A DNA stretch of 64,000 nucleotides from Candidatus Omnitrophota bacterium (GTDB lineage: Bacteria; Omnitrophota; Gorgyraeia; Zapsychrales; Fredricksoniimonadaceae), in assembly GCA_903861305.1 (NCBI GenBank), contig CAIOTT010000049.1:88246-152245 (forward strand), written 5' to 3'. The translations under genes and the position numbers were made by a program. Below, one piece after another: positions 21,001-29,557 of this stretch; the stretch's first letter is position 1, and every line of letters starts with the position of its first letter. Under the pieces are notes generated by a model that was given only the letters and a program-made list of their open reading frames with translations, ran no database searches and was not told the origin of the DNA.

Positions 21001-21427
21001 CGAGAACGCGCTGGAGTCCGGCATCGACATCATTGCCCGCCCTCCAGGGAAAAAACTGCAGAACATCAGCCTTTTGTCCGGTGGTGAGAAGACCATGACC
21101 GCGATCGCCCTTATTTTCGCGGTTTTCCGTGTCAATCCAAGCCCGTTTTGCGTCCTTGATGAGATCGACGCCGCGCTCGACGAAGCCAATGTGGGCCGGT
21201 TCGCGACCGTTCTCAAGGAATTCGCGAAGATCTCGCAGTTCATCGTCATTACGCACAACAAGAAGACCATGGCGAATGCCAATGTCATGTACGGCGTTAC
21301 CATGCAGCAGCGCGGTATTTCCAAGGTCGTGTCCGTGAAATTCACGGGAGACAAGCAGGAGCCCGTGCCGGTCCAGGATGTTCCGAAGGCCGATGAGGTG
21401 AAAACGGAGGAGTTGGCCGGAGTTTAA
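18083..21427 (+). CDS. smc: Chromosome segregation protein SMC
   Basis: The N-terminal Walker A head is [47 protein letters not shown]. Long coiled coils and a hinge follow. The C-terminal signature [18 protein letters not shown]...[10 protein letters not shown] is present. Confidence 0.95.
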   Translation: [1114 protein letters not shown]

Positions 21428-21494
21428 GTGCCTGTATTTTTATTCCGGATCTTATACCAGCAGGACCCGGATTTTCTTAAGAGCGTAACATCAA

Positions 21495-21533
21495 GAAAGC
21501 CAAAGGATTCCCTTCCTTTGGCTTCTTTGTCTC
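21495..21533 (+). terminator. Rho-independent terminator after smc
   Basis: Stem gaaagccaaagga / tcctttggcttc followed by a T-rich tail tttgtctc. Confidence 0.6.
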
Positions 21534-21538
21534 ATGCC

Positions 21539-21569
21539 TTGACACGTTTGAAACGCGTATGTTATACTT
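21539..21569 (+). promoter_or_regulatory. Sigma70-like promoter for the cvpA-dnaG-rpoD operon
   Basis: ttgaca at 21539-21544. A tatact/ttatac -10 candidate sits 17-19 nt downstream. Confidence 0.45.
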
Positions 21570-21591
21570 CAGCACTTCGGAGTGTTATGCC

Positions 21592-22161
21592 ATGATGGAA
21601 TTTATTAGAAAATTAAACGGGATCGACCTGTTGCTCATCCTGCTCGCCGTGAGGACGTTCTACAGCGCGATGAACGGCGGGTTTGTTGCGGAGTTCGTCA
21701 AGAATCTGGGCGTGTTTGTCTCGGTATTCGCCGCGTTGCATTACTATGTGAAACTCGCCGCTTATATCGGCCAAAACATAAAATTCGCTGTGCCGGTGAG
21801 CCAGCCTTTGGCTTTTGTCATGATCTGGCTGGTCGTTCTTTTCGTGTTCCGGTATTTCCGGGAAGGTTTGGGAATGGTCTTCACGGTCCAGACGGTTTCG
21901 CTGGTGGACCGTTGGGGCGCGGCTGTTATATCCGTGGTCCGGTTCATTCTGACGGGGAGCCTTATTCTATTCCTGTTCTTGCTGGCTCACGAGCCGTATA
22001 TGGAGCACCTGACGCGGGCGTCTTTTTCGCAGAAATATGTCCTGCCCGTCGCACCTGAAGTTTATCGCAAGATCACCCGGGGTCTGGTCACGAAGTTCTA
22101 CCCGGACGAAAAGATCAACCAAGCCGTGTTCGATCAATTGGCTGTGCCCGGGAAGCGTTGA
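21592..22161 (+). CDS. cvpA: CvpA family membrane protein (colicin V production protein-like)
   Basis: About 190 aa with 4 TM helices. The N-terminus MMEFIRKLNGIDLLLILLAVRTFYSAMNGGFVAEFVKNLG is typical of CvpA. The start could equally be ATG 21559. Confidence 0.6.
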   Translation: MMEFIRKLNGIDLLLILLAVRTFYSAMNGGFVAEFVKNLGVFVSVFAALHYYVKLAAYIGQNIKFAVPVSQPLAFVMIWLVVLFVFRYFREGLGMVFTVQTVSLVDRWGAAVISVVRFILTGSLILFLFLLAHEPYMEHLTRASFSQKYVLPVAPEVYRKITRGLVTKFYPDEKINQAVFDQLAVPGKR

Positions 22162-22180
22162 ACCGGCGGAGAATATTGCC

Positions 22181-23980
22181 GTGAGCCTTATCCCGGAAGA
22201 GATCATAACGCGCGTCCTGGAACGGACCGACATCGCGGAACTCATCGGCAGTTACACCCCCCTGAAGCGGGCGGGGAAGAATTATAAAGCTCTTTGTCCT
22301 TTTCATAACGAGAAAACCCCGTCGTTCGTGGTGACGCCTGACAAGCAGATATTCCATTGTTTCGGGTGCGGGGCCGGCGGTAATGCCATTTCGTTCGTCG
22401 TGAAGCAGGAAAGGATGGATTTTCCTGAAGCGGTGCGGTTCCTGGCCGCAAAGGCGGGGATCGAGGTCCCGGAGAAGGGCCGCGATGCCGATAGCCAGAA
22501 GCAGAACGCGCTCAGGGACATGGTTTTTGCAGCCAATGCCGCGGCGGTGGAATATTTTCACGCCAATCTTGTTGGCGGTCGCGAGAAGGAGGTCGGTGTT
22601 GCGCGGGAATATTTGAAGACCCGCAAGCTGAACCTTGACGCGGTCAAGCGTTTCAAGATCGGTTATAGTTACGACGCGTGGGACGGGCTGACGCGGCATT
22701 TGCGGACCAAGGGATTTGACAGCGCGATCATTGATAATTCAGGGCTTGTTGTCACGCGCGCGGATGGCGCGAAGAAAGGTTCTTACGACCGTTTTCGCGG
22801 GCGGGTGATGTTCCCGATCTTCGATTACCGCGGGCGCCCCGTCGCTTTTGGCGCGCGGGCCTTGAAGAAGGACGACAAGGCCAAATATATAAATTCACCC
22901 GAGACGCCGGTTTACACCAAGGGCCGGCATCTTTACGGATTGAACTGGGCGAAGGATGCGCTTGCCCGTGAAGACAGGGTGATCATTGTTGAAGGGTACC
23001 TGGATTTTATCCGGCCGTTCCTCGCGGGGGTCGAGAATGTTGCCGCGTCACAGGGAACAGCGTTGACCCCGGACCAGATCCGGCTTTTGCGGCGCTACAC
23101 GCGCAATGTCACGATGCTTTTTGATATGGATCCCGCAGGGCAGTCGGCGGCGCTGAGAAGCCTCGATATCCTGCTGGAAGAGGAGATGGATGTCAAGGTC
23201 GCCGCGCTGGCTGACGGCGAAGACCCTGACTCTTTCATCCAGAAGTTCGGGGCTGAAGATTTTCGCCGTTACGTGCGCGAGGCCAAAAGCCTCTTTGAGT
23301 TCAAGCTTGAACGGCTGAAACTGGAGTTTGACGTCCGTGCGGCGGAAGGCCGCGGGGCCATCCTCCGCGAAATGCTGACGACCATCGAAAAGGTCGCCAA
23401 CACCAGCGTGAAGAGTTCGTATCTGAAAGAGCTCCGTTCGTCGCTCAGTGTGAACGAATACGAGATCGAGGCTGAGCGGCAGAATATTTTGAAGAAACGC
23501 CCGGCATTGCCGCGTCCTGCTGATGCAAGGACCAATGGCCCGGACCCCGCGTTGAGCGTCGGGTTCTCCTCTGATGAGGAATGGCTTTTACGGTTCATCA
23601 TGGCGGATGCGCGATGGCTGAAAGAGGCGCGGGCGCAGATCGACCCCGGTGATCTTCCCGGGGAGGCGGCACGGAAGGTGCTGGCAGCGGCGTACGGCCT
23701 TTTTGATGAAGGGCGTGAAGCGGGGCCGGCGGCACTTGTTGGTGAATTCGCGGATGAAGGGCTTCGCCGCAAACTCATGGCCATCGCGTCAGAGCCGGAT
23801 ACCATGGCCCCCGGGACCGCCGTAAAGGCGTTCGGGGATTGCCTCAAACGGATCCGCGACCGTGGCCGCAAGGGTAAGCGCGAACAATGGAGAGAAAAGA
23901 TCCGCCAGGCTGAGAAGTCAGGTGATCATGAAGCGCTTAGACGCGCTCAGGAAGAATTCAATCAGCTCCTAAAAGGATGA
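22181..23980 (+). CDS. dnaG: DNA primase
   Basis: The zinc-binding domain [35 protein letters not shown] is present. The TOPRIM region contains EGYLDF. The GTG start at 22181 is inferred. The ORF-track start at 22037 lies inside cvpA. Confidence 0.9.
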   Translation: MSLIPEEIITRVLERTDIAELIGSYTPLKRAGKNYKALCPFHNEKTPSFVVTPDKQIFHCFGCGAGGNAISFVVKQERMDFPEAVRFLAAKAGIEVPEKGRDADSQKQNALRDMVFAANAAAVEYFHANLVGGREKEVGVAREYLKTRKLNLDAVKRFKIGYSYDAWDGLTRHLRTKGFDSAIIDNSGLVVTRADGAKKGSYDRFRGRVMFPIFDYRGRPVAFGARALKKDDKAKYINSPETPVYTKGRHLYGLNWAKDALAREDRVIIVEGYLDFIRPFLAGVENVAASQGTALTPDQIRLLRRYTRNVTMLFDMDPAGQSAALRSLDILLEEEMDVKVAALADGEDPDSFIQKFGAEDFRRYVREAKSLFEFKLERLKLEFDVRAAEGRGAILREMLTTIEKVANTSVKSSYLKELRSSLSVNEYEIEAERQNILKKRPALPRPADARTNGPDPALSVGFSSDEEWLLRFIMADARWLKEARAQIDPGDLPGEAARKVLAAAYGLFDEGREAGPAALVGEFADEGLRRKLMAIASEPDTMAPGTAVKAFGDCLKRIRDRGRKGKREQWREKIRQAEKSGDHEALRRAQEEFNQLLKG

Positions 23981-23987
23981 GGATGTA

Positions 23988-25574
23988 ATGAAGGAAGAAA
24001 AAGAAAAAGATTTCCAGCAGGACCTGGAGAAGCTCGTAGCTTCCGGGAAGAAGAAGGGGTTCCTGACCTACGACGAGGTCAACGAGACCCTTTCCGATTC
24101 CATCGCTTCTTCCGAAGACATCGATCAGGTCTTTGAGATACTTGACGGCAAAGGCATCAGGGTTGTGGATTCCGGCGAGGAAGAGCAGGTCGAGAGCGAC
24201 GCGGCCGCCGAGGACGCGCGTGAGCAGGCCAAGCGCCCCACCGATGAAAGCGCCGAGGAAGACAACGTTTACGCCGAGAAGTTCATCCCGCTTGACGATC
24301 CGGTGAAGATGTACCTCAAGCAGATGGGCTCTATTTCACTGCTGACGCGGGAAGAGGAGATATCCCTCGCCAAGCGCATTGAGGAAGCGGAGTTCAAGTT
24401 CGCGGAAGCGCTTTTCGTTAACGCTTACGCGCGGCGCGAGGCCATGAACACGATCGAGCGCGCCCTCAAGGAAGAGATCAGCGTTGAAGATGTGGTCAAG
24501 GATGAACTGGAACGCCGTCCGACGCTGCTCAAGGACCTCCGGCGCACGCTGGACAAGGCCCGTCGCGCCAAGAAGATCACCGAAGCGATCGCCTGCGTGG
24601 CGGACTTCAAGCTGACGGCGTCGGTCAATGAGCAGATCATCGGCCGTATCGACGAGATCCTGTACCGTGTGCACCGCTGCGACAAATTGTTGGGCATGAA
24701 AAAGATCGACACCTCCCGCAAGCAGGTCATGGAGGAAAAGAGCCGTTTGCTCAAGGACCTGATGGAGCCTGTGGCCCGCGTGCGCGAGCAGTTGCGCGTG
24801 ATCCGCATGCGCCAGACGCAGTTCAACAAGGCCAAGAAGAAGCTGGTGGAAGCGAATTTGCGCCTTGTTGTCAGCATTGCGAAGAAATACATCAACCGCG
24901 GTTTGTCGTTCCTTGATCTGATCCAGGAAGGTAACATGGGCCTGATCCGCGCGGTGGAGAAGTTCGAATACAAGCGCGGCTACAAATTCTCGACGTACGC
25001 CACGTGGTGGATCCGCCAGGCGATCACGCGTTCGATCGCCGATCAGGCGCGCACCATCCGTATCCCGGTGCACATGACCGAAACGATCAACAAGATCATC
25101 CGCATCTCCCGCCTTTTCGTGCAGGAGAACGGCCGCGAGCCCGCGGCGCAGGAGATCGCCAAGCAGATGAAGATCCCGGCCAGCAAGGTCAAGGAGATCA
25201 TGAAGATATCCCAGGTGCCGATTTCCCTGCAGACGCCCATCGGCGATGAAGGCGATACGAACTTCGGGGATTTCATCGAGGATAAAAAGGCCATTTCACC
25301 GGCCAACGCGACACTGCATTCCATGCTCAAGGACGAGATCCAGTCGGTCCTCGACACCCTGGACGAGCGCGAGCGCAAGATCCTGGAGTTGCGTTTCGGG
25401 ATCGTGGACGGCACCAGCCGGACGCTGGAAGAGGTAGGGGCTGAATTCAACGTGACGCGTGAACGCGTACGCCAGATCGAATCCAAGGCCCTGCGGAAGC
25501 TGCGCCATCCGACCCGTTCCCGGCGCATCAAGATGTTCCTCGATATGTCGGTCAAAGAGGATCACGTGATCTGA
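23988..25574 (+). CDS. rpoD: RNA polymerase sigma factor RpoD (sigma-70)
   Basis: Region 1.2 [29 protein letters not shown]. Region 2 contains [50 protein letters not shown]. Region 4 contains [27 protein letters not shown]. Confidence 0.95.
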   Translation: MKEEKEKDFQQDLEKLVASGKKKGFLTYDEVNETLSDSIASSEDIDQVFEILDGKGIRVVDSGEEEQVESDAAAEDAREQAKRPTDESAEEDNVYAEKFIPLDDPVKMYLKQMGSISLLTREEEISLAKRIEEAEFKFAEALFVNAYARREAMNTIERALKEEISVEDVVKDELERRPTLLKDLRRTLDKARRAKKITEAIACVADFKLTASVNEQIIGRIDEILYRVHRCDKLLGMKKIDTSRKQVMEEKSRLLKDLMEPVARVREQLRVIRMRQTQFNKAKKKLVEANLRLVVSIAKKYINRGLSFLDLIQEGNMGLIRAVEKFEYKRGYKFSTYATWWIRQAITRSIADQARTIRIPVHMTETINKIIRISRLFVQENGREPAAQEIAKQMKIPASKVKEIMKISQVPISLQTPIGDEGDTNFGDFIEDKKAISPANATLHSMLKDEIQSVLDTLDERERKILELRFGIVDGTSRTLEEVGAEFNVTRERVRQIESKALRKLRHPTRSRRIKMFLDMSVKEDHVI

Positions 25575-25596
25575 GGTTATGTAACGTTTAAGTCCA

Positions 25597-25635
25597 AAAG
25601 GCCTGTTTGGGGAAACTCAAACAGGCCTTTTTTCA
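25597..25635 (+). terminator. Rho-independent terminator after rpoD
   Basis: Stem aaaggcctgtttg / caaacaggcctt followed by tttttca. Confidence 0.65.
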
Positions 25636-25720
25636 TGCCTCCCGATTTGGCACTGATAATAAGTATATGTTATCTTTTAATCCAGGTGGACGCAGTTTGT
25701 GCCAACAGGGAGGGGAGGCG

Positions 25721-27418
25721 TTGGATTTAAGGCGGATTTCACAGAGATCCTTTGCGTGTGCGCTGACACTGGTATTTATGGTGTCGGATGTGAGCGTTTA
25801 TGCGCAAGGGGTGATCCAGTTGCCGCCTCCAGGTACGCGCCTGGCGTTAAGCCCGGTTTTTGTCCCGCCTGTGCTCAAGGGTGTCAAGGTTTACCGCAAC
25901 GATCCGTTCCGTTTTGATTTTATCCTTGATAAAGGTGATGCTAAAGCAACGGATGAGCAGGTTAAAATCGATTCTACGCGTCTGATCAAATATTTCCTCG
26001 CCTCCCTGACCGTTCCCGAAAAAGACCTCTGGGTCAACCTGTCCCCTTATGAAAAAGACCGCATAGTACCCGAGGCGTTCGGCCAGACAGAAATGGGCCG
26101 CGACCTGCTGGCGCAAGACTATATCCTGAAACAGATCACGGCGTCGGTGATCTATCCCGATGAAAAAGTGGGCAAGGAATTCTGGGACAAGGTTTACGCC
26201 GAAGCGCTGAAGCGTTATGGAACGACCGATATCCCCGTGGATACCTTCAACAAGGTCTGGATCGTCCCGCAGAAGGCGACGGTCTATGAAAACAAGGACG
26301 CCGCCTTCGTGGTCGAGAGCCGATTGAAGGTTATGTTGGAAACAGATTATATGGCCACTGCTCGGGCGGACATAAAGTCCGCCCCTACAACGCAAGCAAG
26401 TGACATATCGAGCGTAGGGGCGGACCTTGTGTCCGCCCGTGATGAGATCGCCAAGAACGTCCTGCGTGAAATCATCATCCCCATCCTCGAAAAAGAAGTC
26501 AACGAAGGCAAAAACTTTGCCACACTGCGCCAGGTCTACAATTCGCTCATTCTTGCAACATGGTACAAGCGCAAGGTCAAGGCCGGCATCATGGGCCAGG
26601 CGTATGTTGACAAGCAAAAAACGGGCGGGATCGATATTGCTGACAAGAATGAGAAGGAAAAGATCTGGTCACAGTACGTTGAGGCGTTCAGGCGGGGGGC
26701 GTATAATTTGATCAAAGAAGAGGTTGATCCGGGGACACAGACAATGATCCCAAGGAAGTATTTTTCAGGTGGAACAGATCTGGCCATGGAGGATAAGTTC
26801 GAGGTAAAGACCGTTGATCCTGAAGGGTCTCTCAACGTACAAAGAGGAGAGCTGTTTGTTGTTAGTACTAAAGACGAGGTTCTCCCGCCGTCGTGGAGAG
26901 AAACGACCCGTGTCGTCGATGCATTAAATATAAAAACATTTCCGGAGATTGAAAGCAGCATTGGTGTTGAATTGAGATCGGGGCATTGCGTCGTGTCTGT
27001 TTCCGGCATTTCGGGCGTCGGAAAAACAACCTTGATCGACGCGTTAGGAAAATACCTTAGGGGTATGGGGTATAACGTTGCAACGATCAAGGGAGACGAT
27101 TTCCTGAAATACAAAAAAGCGACAGCAGGTTTTTTATTCAAGAAGGTATTTGTCAAGATAGCTTCATTGTTCCCCCGCATATCGAAAGAACGGATCCTGA
27201 AGTATATATTTCAGAATTTCTTTGATCTGGACGCTGTGAATGAGTTTGAACAACAGATCAGCAAGCTGACCGAGCAAGAAAGTATATTATCGTTTAAGAC
27301 CAGAGGAGGGACGGAGCAGGTTTCGTTGGGAAAGGGAAAGAAAGTTGTTTTAGTCGAACAGATCTATGGCCGGCTATTATTCGGGCATTTTTCAAATGTT
27401 AATATACTGTTAGAATGA
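25721..27418 (+). CDS. Member 2 of the secreted-protein paralog family, N-terminal part: signal peptide, conserved N-terminal domain, P-loop NTPase/kinase-like module. Ends at an in-frame TGA
   Basis: The TTG 25721 start gives L-D-L-R-R-I-S..., matching the M-F-x-R-R start of the paralogs at 40823 and 46658. The track's 25607 start overlaps the rpoD terminator. The conserved domain QLPPPGTRLALSPVFVPPVLKGVKVYRNDPFRFDFILD...IPRKYFSGG is followed by a Walker A motif VSVSGISGVGKTTLIDALGKYL. Confidence 0.7.
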   Translation: MDLRRISQRSFACALTLVFMVSDVSVYAQGVIQLPPPGTRLALSPVFVPPVLKGVKVYRNDPFRFDFILDKGDAKATDEQVKIDSTRLIKYFLASLTVPEKDLWVNLSPYEKDRIVPEAFGQTEMGRDLLAQDYILKQITASVIYPDEKVGKEFWDKVYAEALKRYGTTDIPVDTFNKVWIVPQKATVYENKDAAFVVESRLKVMLETDYMATARADIKSAPTTQASDISSVGADLVSARDEIAKNVLREIIIPILEKEVNEGKNFATLRQVYNSLILATWYKRKVKAGIMGQAYVDKQKTGGIDIADKNEKEKIWSQYVEAFRRGAYNLIKEEVDPGTQTMIPRKYFSGGTDLAMEDKFEVKTVDPEGSLNVQRGELFVVSTKDEVLPPSWRETTRVVDALNIKTFPEIESSIGVELRSGHCVVSVSGISGVGKTTLIDALGKYLRGMGYNVATIKGDDFLKYKKATAGFLFKKVFVKIASLFPRISKERILKYIFQNFFDLDAVNEFEQQISKLTEQESILSFKTRGGTEQVSLGKGKKVVLVEQIYGRLLFGHFSNVNILLE

Positions 27419-27433
27419 GATGGGCGTCTTGCC

Positions 27434-27808
27434 ATGGAATCCTGGATCAAGAGGGAGGCGCATAAGAGGGATCTTTCCCCTTTTGTGGTCAAGATCTTTT
27501 CCGGCATTAAGGAGCATTTTCAGGAGACGCAGGAGTTGGTGCAGCTTTCTGGAGGGATCGAAAAATTCGATTTCGTAATTAATACGGACGAAACAGAATT
27601 TCCAACAATAAATAAAGTGAATAATGGCGGTATTGACCTTAATTCAACTCAAATCGACCTAACTAGCAAGGGCAATGGCGATGCTGATAATTTCGATATT
27701 GATCCCGCTTTGCTCAAACGCATGCAAAATGCACCCGGTGTAACGCCTGTCATTGTGGGCATCCATTCTCTGGACAGTTTGCAGCAGTTCCTGGAAATTC
27801 ACCTGTAG
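27434..27808 (+). CDS. C-terminal GGIDL-type domain fragment of family member 2, in the same frame as 25721-27418 and separated from it only by TGA 27416-27418
   Basis: The 124-aa ORF contains NNGGIDLNSTQIDL...NFDIDPALLKRMQNAPGVTPVIVGIHSL, which aligns with the C-termini of the ORFs ending at 6390, 46642 and 50269. 25721 and 27434 are both in frame 2. Confidence 0.55.
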   Translation: MESWIKREAHKRDLSPFVVKIFSGIKEHFQETQELVQLSGGIEKFDFVINTDETEFPTINKVNNGGIDLNSTQIDLTSKGNGDADNFDIDPALLKRMQNAPGVTPVIVGIHSLDSLQQFLEIHL

Positions 27809-27930
27809 CGTGATATATGCGAAGGGCTTTATATAAGTTGATAATATTTCTTATATATGGTATTGTTTTTAAACTGTTTTTCGGGGATTTTCCTTGTTTT
27901 ATTGATAAAGAATTCTCGTGCCAGGGTTTC

Positions 27931-28004
27931 GGGCCTATAGCTCAGTCGGTTAGAGCAGGAGACTCATAATCTCTTGGTCCCTGGTTCGAGTCCAGGTGGG
28001 CCCA
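27931..28004 (+). tRNA. tRNA-Met (anticodon CAT; could be an elongator, or the Ile2/lysidine type)
   Basis: gggcctatagctcagtcggttagagcaggagactCATaatctcttggtccctggttcgagtccaggtgggccca. The cloverleaf is consistent: a 7-bp acceptor stem, a GTTCGAGTCC T-arm, and no encoded CCA. Confidence 0.8.
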
Positions 28005-28038
28005 GATTTGTTATAATATTGTTCCAGGCCGTTATTTC

Positions 28039-28115
28039 GGACGCATAGCTCAGCTGGTTAGAGCGCTGCCCTCACATGGCAGAGGTCGAAGGTTCAAGTC
28101 CTTCTGCGTCCACCA
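28039..28115 (+). tRNA. tRNA-Val (anticodon CAC)
   Basis: ggacgcatagctcagctggttagagcgctgccctCACatggcagaggtcgaaggttcaagtccttctgcgtccacca. The anticodon loop is ctCACat. The 3' CCA is encoded. Confidence 0.8.
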
Positions 28116-28128
28116 TTTTGTTCCTCCA

Positions 28129-28168
28129 GCGCTAAATGTTCCAACCAGAATTGTGGAACATTTAGCGC
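28129..28168 (+). terminator. Perfect 15-bp inverted repeat hairpin immediately after tRNA-Val (probable terminator or processing structure)
   Basis: gcgctaaatgttcca - accagaattg - tggaacatttagcgc. There is no U-tract. Confidence 0.4.
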
Positions 28169-28191
28169 AATATGGGAGACCAAAATGGTGC

Positions 28192-28317
28192 TCTGGCCGA
28201 GCTCCGCGAGGGCAGAGCAAAAAAGAATAATAGTAATGTTTCGGTGGTGATCGTGGAATTGCCGTGTCCACGAGTAGCGTAAAGATATTTCTGGCCGAGC
28301 TCCGCGAGGGCAGAGCA
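28192..28317. repeat. Two perfect 28-nt direct repeats (tctggccgagctccgcgagggcagagca) at 28192-28219 and 28290-28317
   Basis: The two copies are exact and 98 nt apart, in the non-coding gap between the tRNAs and the next CDS. Confidence 0.6.
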
Positions 28318-28358
28318 CAACTAGAAGTATTGATTTATTTAAATGAAAGGTTACGCCT

Positions 28359-29087
28359 GTGGCCGAAAAGAATGTGAAAGACCTTTTGAGGAAGCTTGTG
28401 GCGCTCCAGAAGATCGACGCCGAGGTTTACGAGTTCAAGCGTGCCATCAAGGAACAGCCCGCCCTTCTCGACGGCATCAAGGCCAAATTTGACAAGAAAA
28501 TGACCCGTTATCAGGAGCTCGAGGCCCGCGCCCAGGAGTTGGAGCGCGCCCGCAAGGCCAAGGAACTTGACCTGAAATCTCGGGAGCAGGAGATCGTCAA
28601 GGCCAATGCGGACTTGATGGCCTTGAAGACCAACAAGGAATACCAGGCCAAGTTGTTCGAGATCGAGAACAAAAAGTCGGACAAGTCGATCCTCGAGGAT
28701 GCCATCCTTAAGTTTTTTGATGACAGCGCCAGGCTCGCGGAAGATATGGCCAAAGAGAAAGTTCTTGTCGACGCGGAAGAAAAGATCTACCTGGCCGAGA
28801 AGGACAAGGTGGATGCCGCGGTGAAAGTCCTGCTCGACAAGGTCGCGACCTTTGAATCCCAGCGCAACGACGCGTGCCAGGGGATCGACAAGGCCACGCT
28901 GGCCATGTATGAGCGTCTTGTTGAGAACCGTCATGGCCTGGCCATGGTGCCGATCGTTAATGACACGTGCGGTGGTTGCTATATAAAGCAGACCGCGCAG
29001 ATGCTCAACAAGCTTGAGATCTGTGACGAGGTCGTGCGCTGCGAAACGTGCGCCAGGATCCTTTATCTTGAGAATGTGCTTTCATGA
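28359..29087 (+). CDS. Zinc-ribbon domain protein with coiled-coil region (COG1579 / zf-RING_7 family)
   Basis: Coiled-coil N-terminal region. The C-terminus is CGGCYIKQTAQMLNKLEICDEVVRCETCARILY (C-x2-C ... C-x2-C). Confidence 0.7.
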   Translation: MAEKNVKDLLRKLVALQKIDAEVYEFKRAIKEQPALLDGIKAKFDKKMTRYQELEARAQELERARKAKELDLKSREQEIVKANADLMALKTNKEYQAKLFEIENKKSDKSILEDAILKFFDDSARLAEDMAKEKVLVDAEEKIYLAEKDKVDAAVKVLLDKVATFESQRNDACQGIDKATLAMYERLVENRHGLAMVPIVNDTCGGCYIKQTAQMLNKLEICDEVVRCETCARILYLENVLS

Positions 29088-29557
29088 TCTCCTGGGAGAT
29101 CTTTTCTGACGGGGCCTGCAGCGGTAATCCGGGCCCCGCGGCCATCGGGGCCGTGATCCGCCGGGATGGCGTGATCGTTAAAGAGATATCCGAACCTATC
29201 GGCGTTGCGACAAATAATATCGCTGAATATCGGGCGTTCATCCGCGGGATCGAAGCGGCGCAGGCACTTGGCGCCGAGCAGGTCAAGTTACGCACCGACA
29301 GCGAGCTTTTGTTTTATCAGATCAAAGGCAAGTACAAAGTCAAGCATGTCAATATGAAGCCTTTGTATGAAAAGGCTGTGGCGCTTTTAAAGCGTTTCAA
29401 GAATGTCGAATGCAAGGTGGTCCCCCGGGAGCAGAATCAGGAAGCTGACCGGCTGGCCACATCCGCTCTTAAAAAGAATGTTTTGCAGAACGCAAGCCAC
29501 GACGACCGCCCCGATGTGTTCATCATGGGGGAGGAAAGTCCGAGCTCCAAAGGATAG
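29084..29557 (+). CDS. rnhA: Ribonuclease H (type I)
   Basis: ISWEIFSDGACSGNPGPAAIGAVI...TNNIAEYRAFIRGIEAA...NQEADRLA contains the conserved DEDD catalytic-residue context. The last ~25 codons overlap the 5' end of rnpB. Confidence 0.85.
   Translation: MISWEIFSDGACSGNPGPAAIGAVIRRDGVIVKEISEPIGVATNNIAEYRAFIRGIEAAQALGAEQVKLRTDSELLFYQIKGKYKVKHVNMKPLYEKAVALLKRFKNVECKVVPREQNQEADRLATSALKKNVLQNASHDDRPDVFIMGEESPSSKG

Noticed and set aside
25607-25720. Upstream start (ATG 25607 or 25664) for family member 2
   Set aside because: The 25607 ATG lies inside the rpoD terminator hairpin. The TTG at 25721 gives an N-terminus (L-D-L-R-R-I-S + hydrophobic + AYAQ) that matches the M-F-x-R-R signal-peptide starts of the paralogs.
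27416-27418. Possibility that TGA is recoded genome-wide (for example as Gly or Trp), making family member 2 intact
   Set aside because: Several clearly complete genes terminate at TGA at the expected position (pgk at 7686-7688, the sugar transferase at 1622-1624, scpB and others). The GC content is also unlike known UGA-recoding lineages. TGA therefore functions as stop here.
28192-28317. CRISPR array
   Set aside because: There are only two copies of a 28-nt repeat with a 70-nt spacer and no cas genes. This is not a CRISPR array.
27931-29087. Integrated mobile element at the tRNA-Met/Val locus
   Set aside because: No integrase, transposase or phage genes follow the tRNAs. The downstream genes (zinc-ribbon COG1579, rnhA, rnpB, yebC, ruvCA) are housekeeping. 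The direct repeats do not match the tRNA 3' ends.
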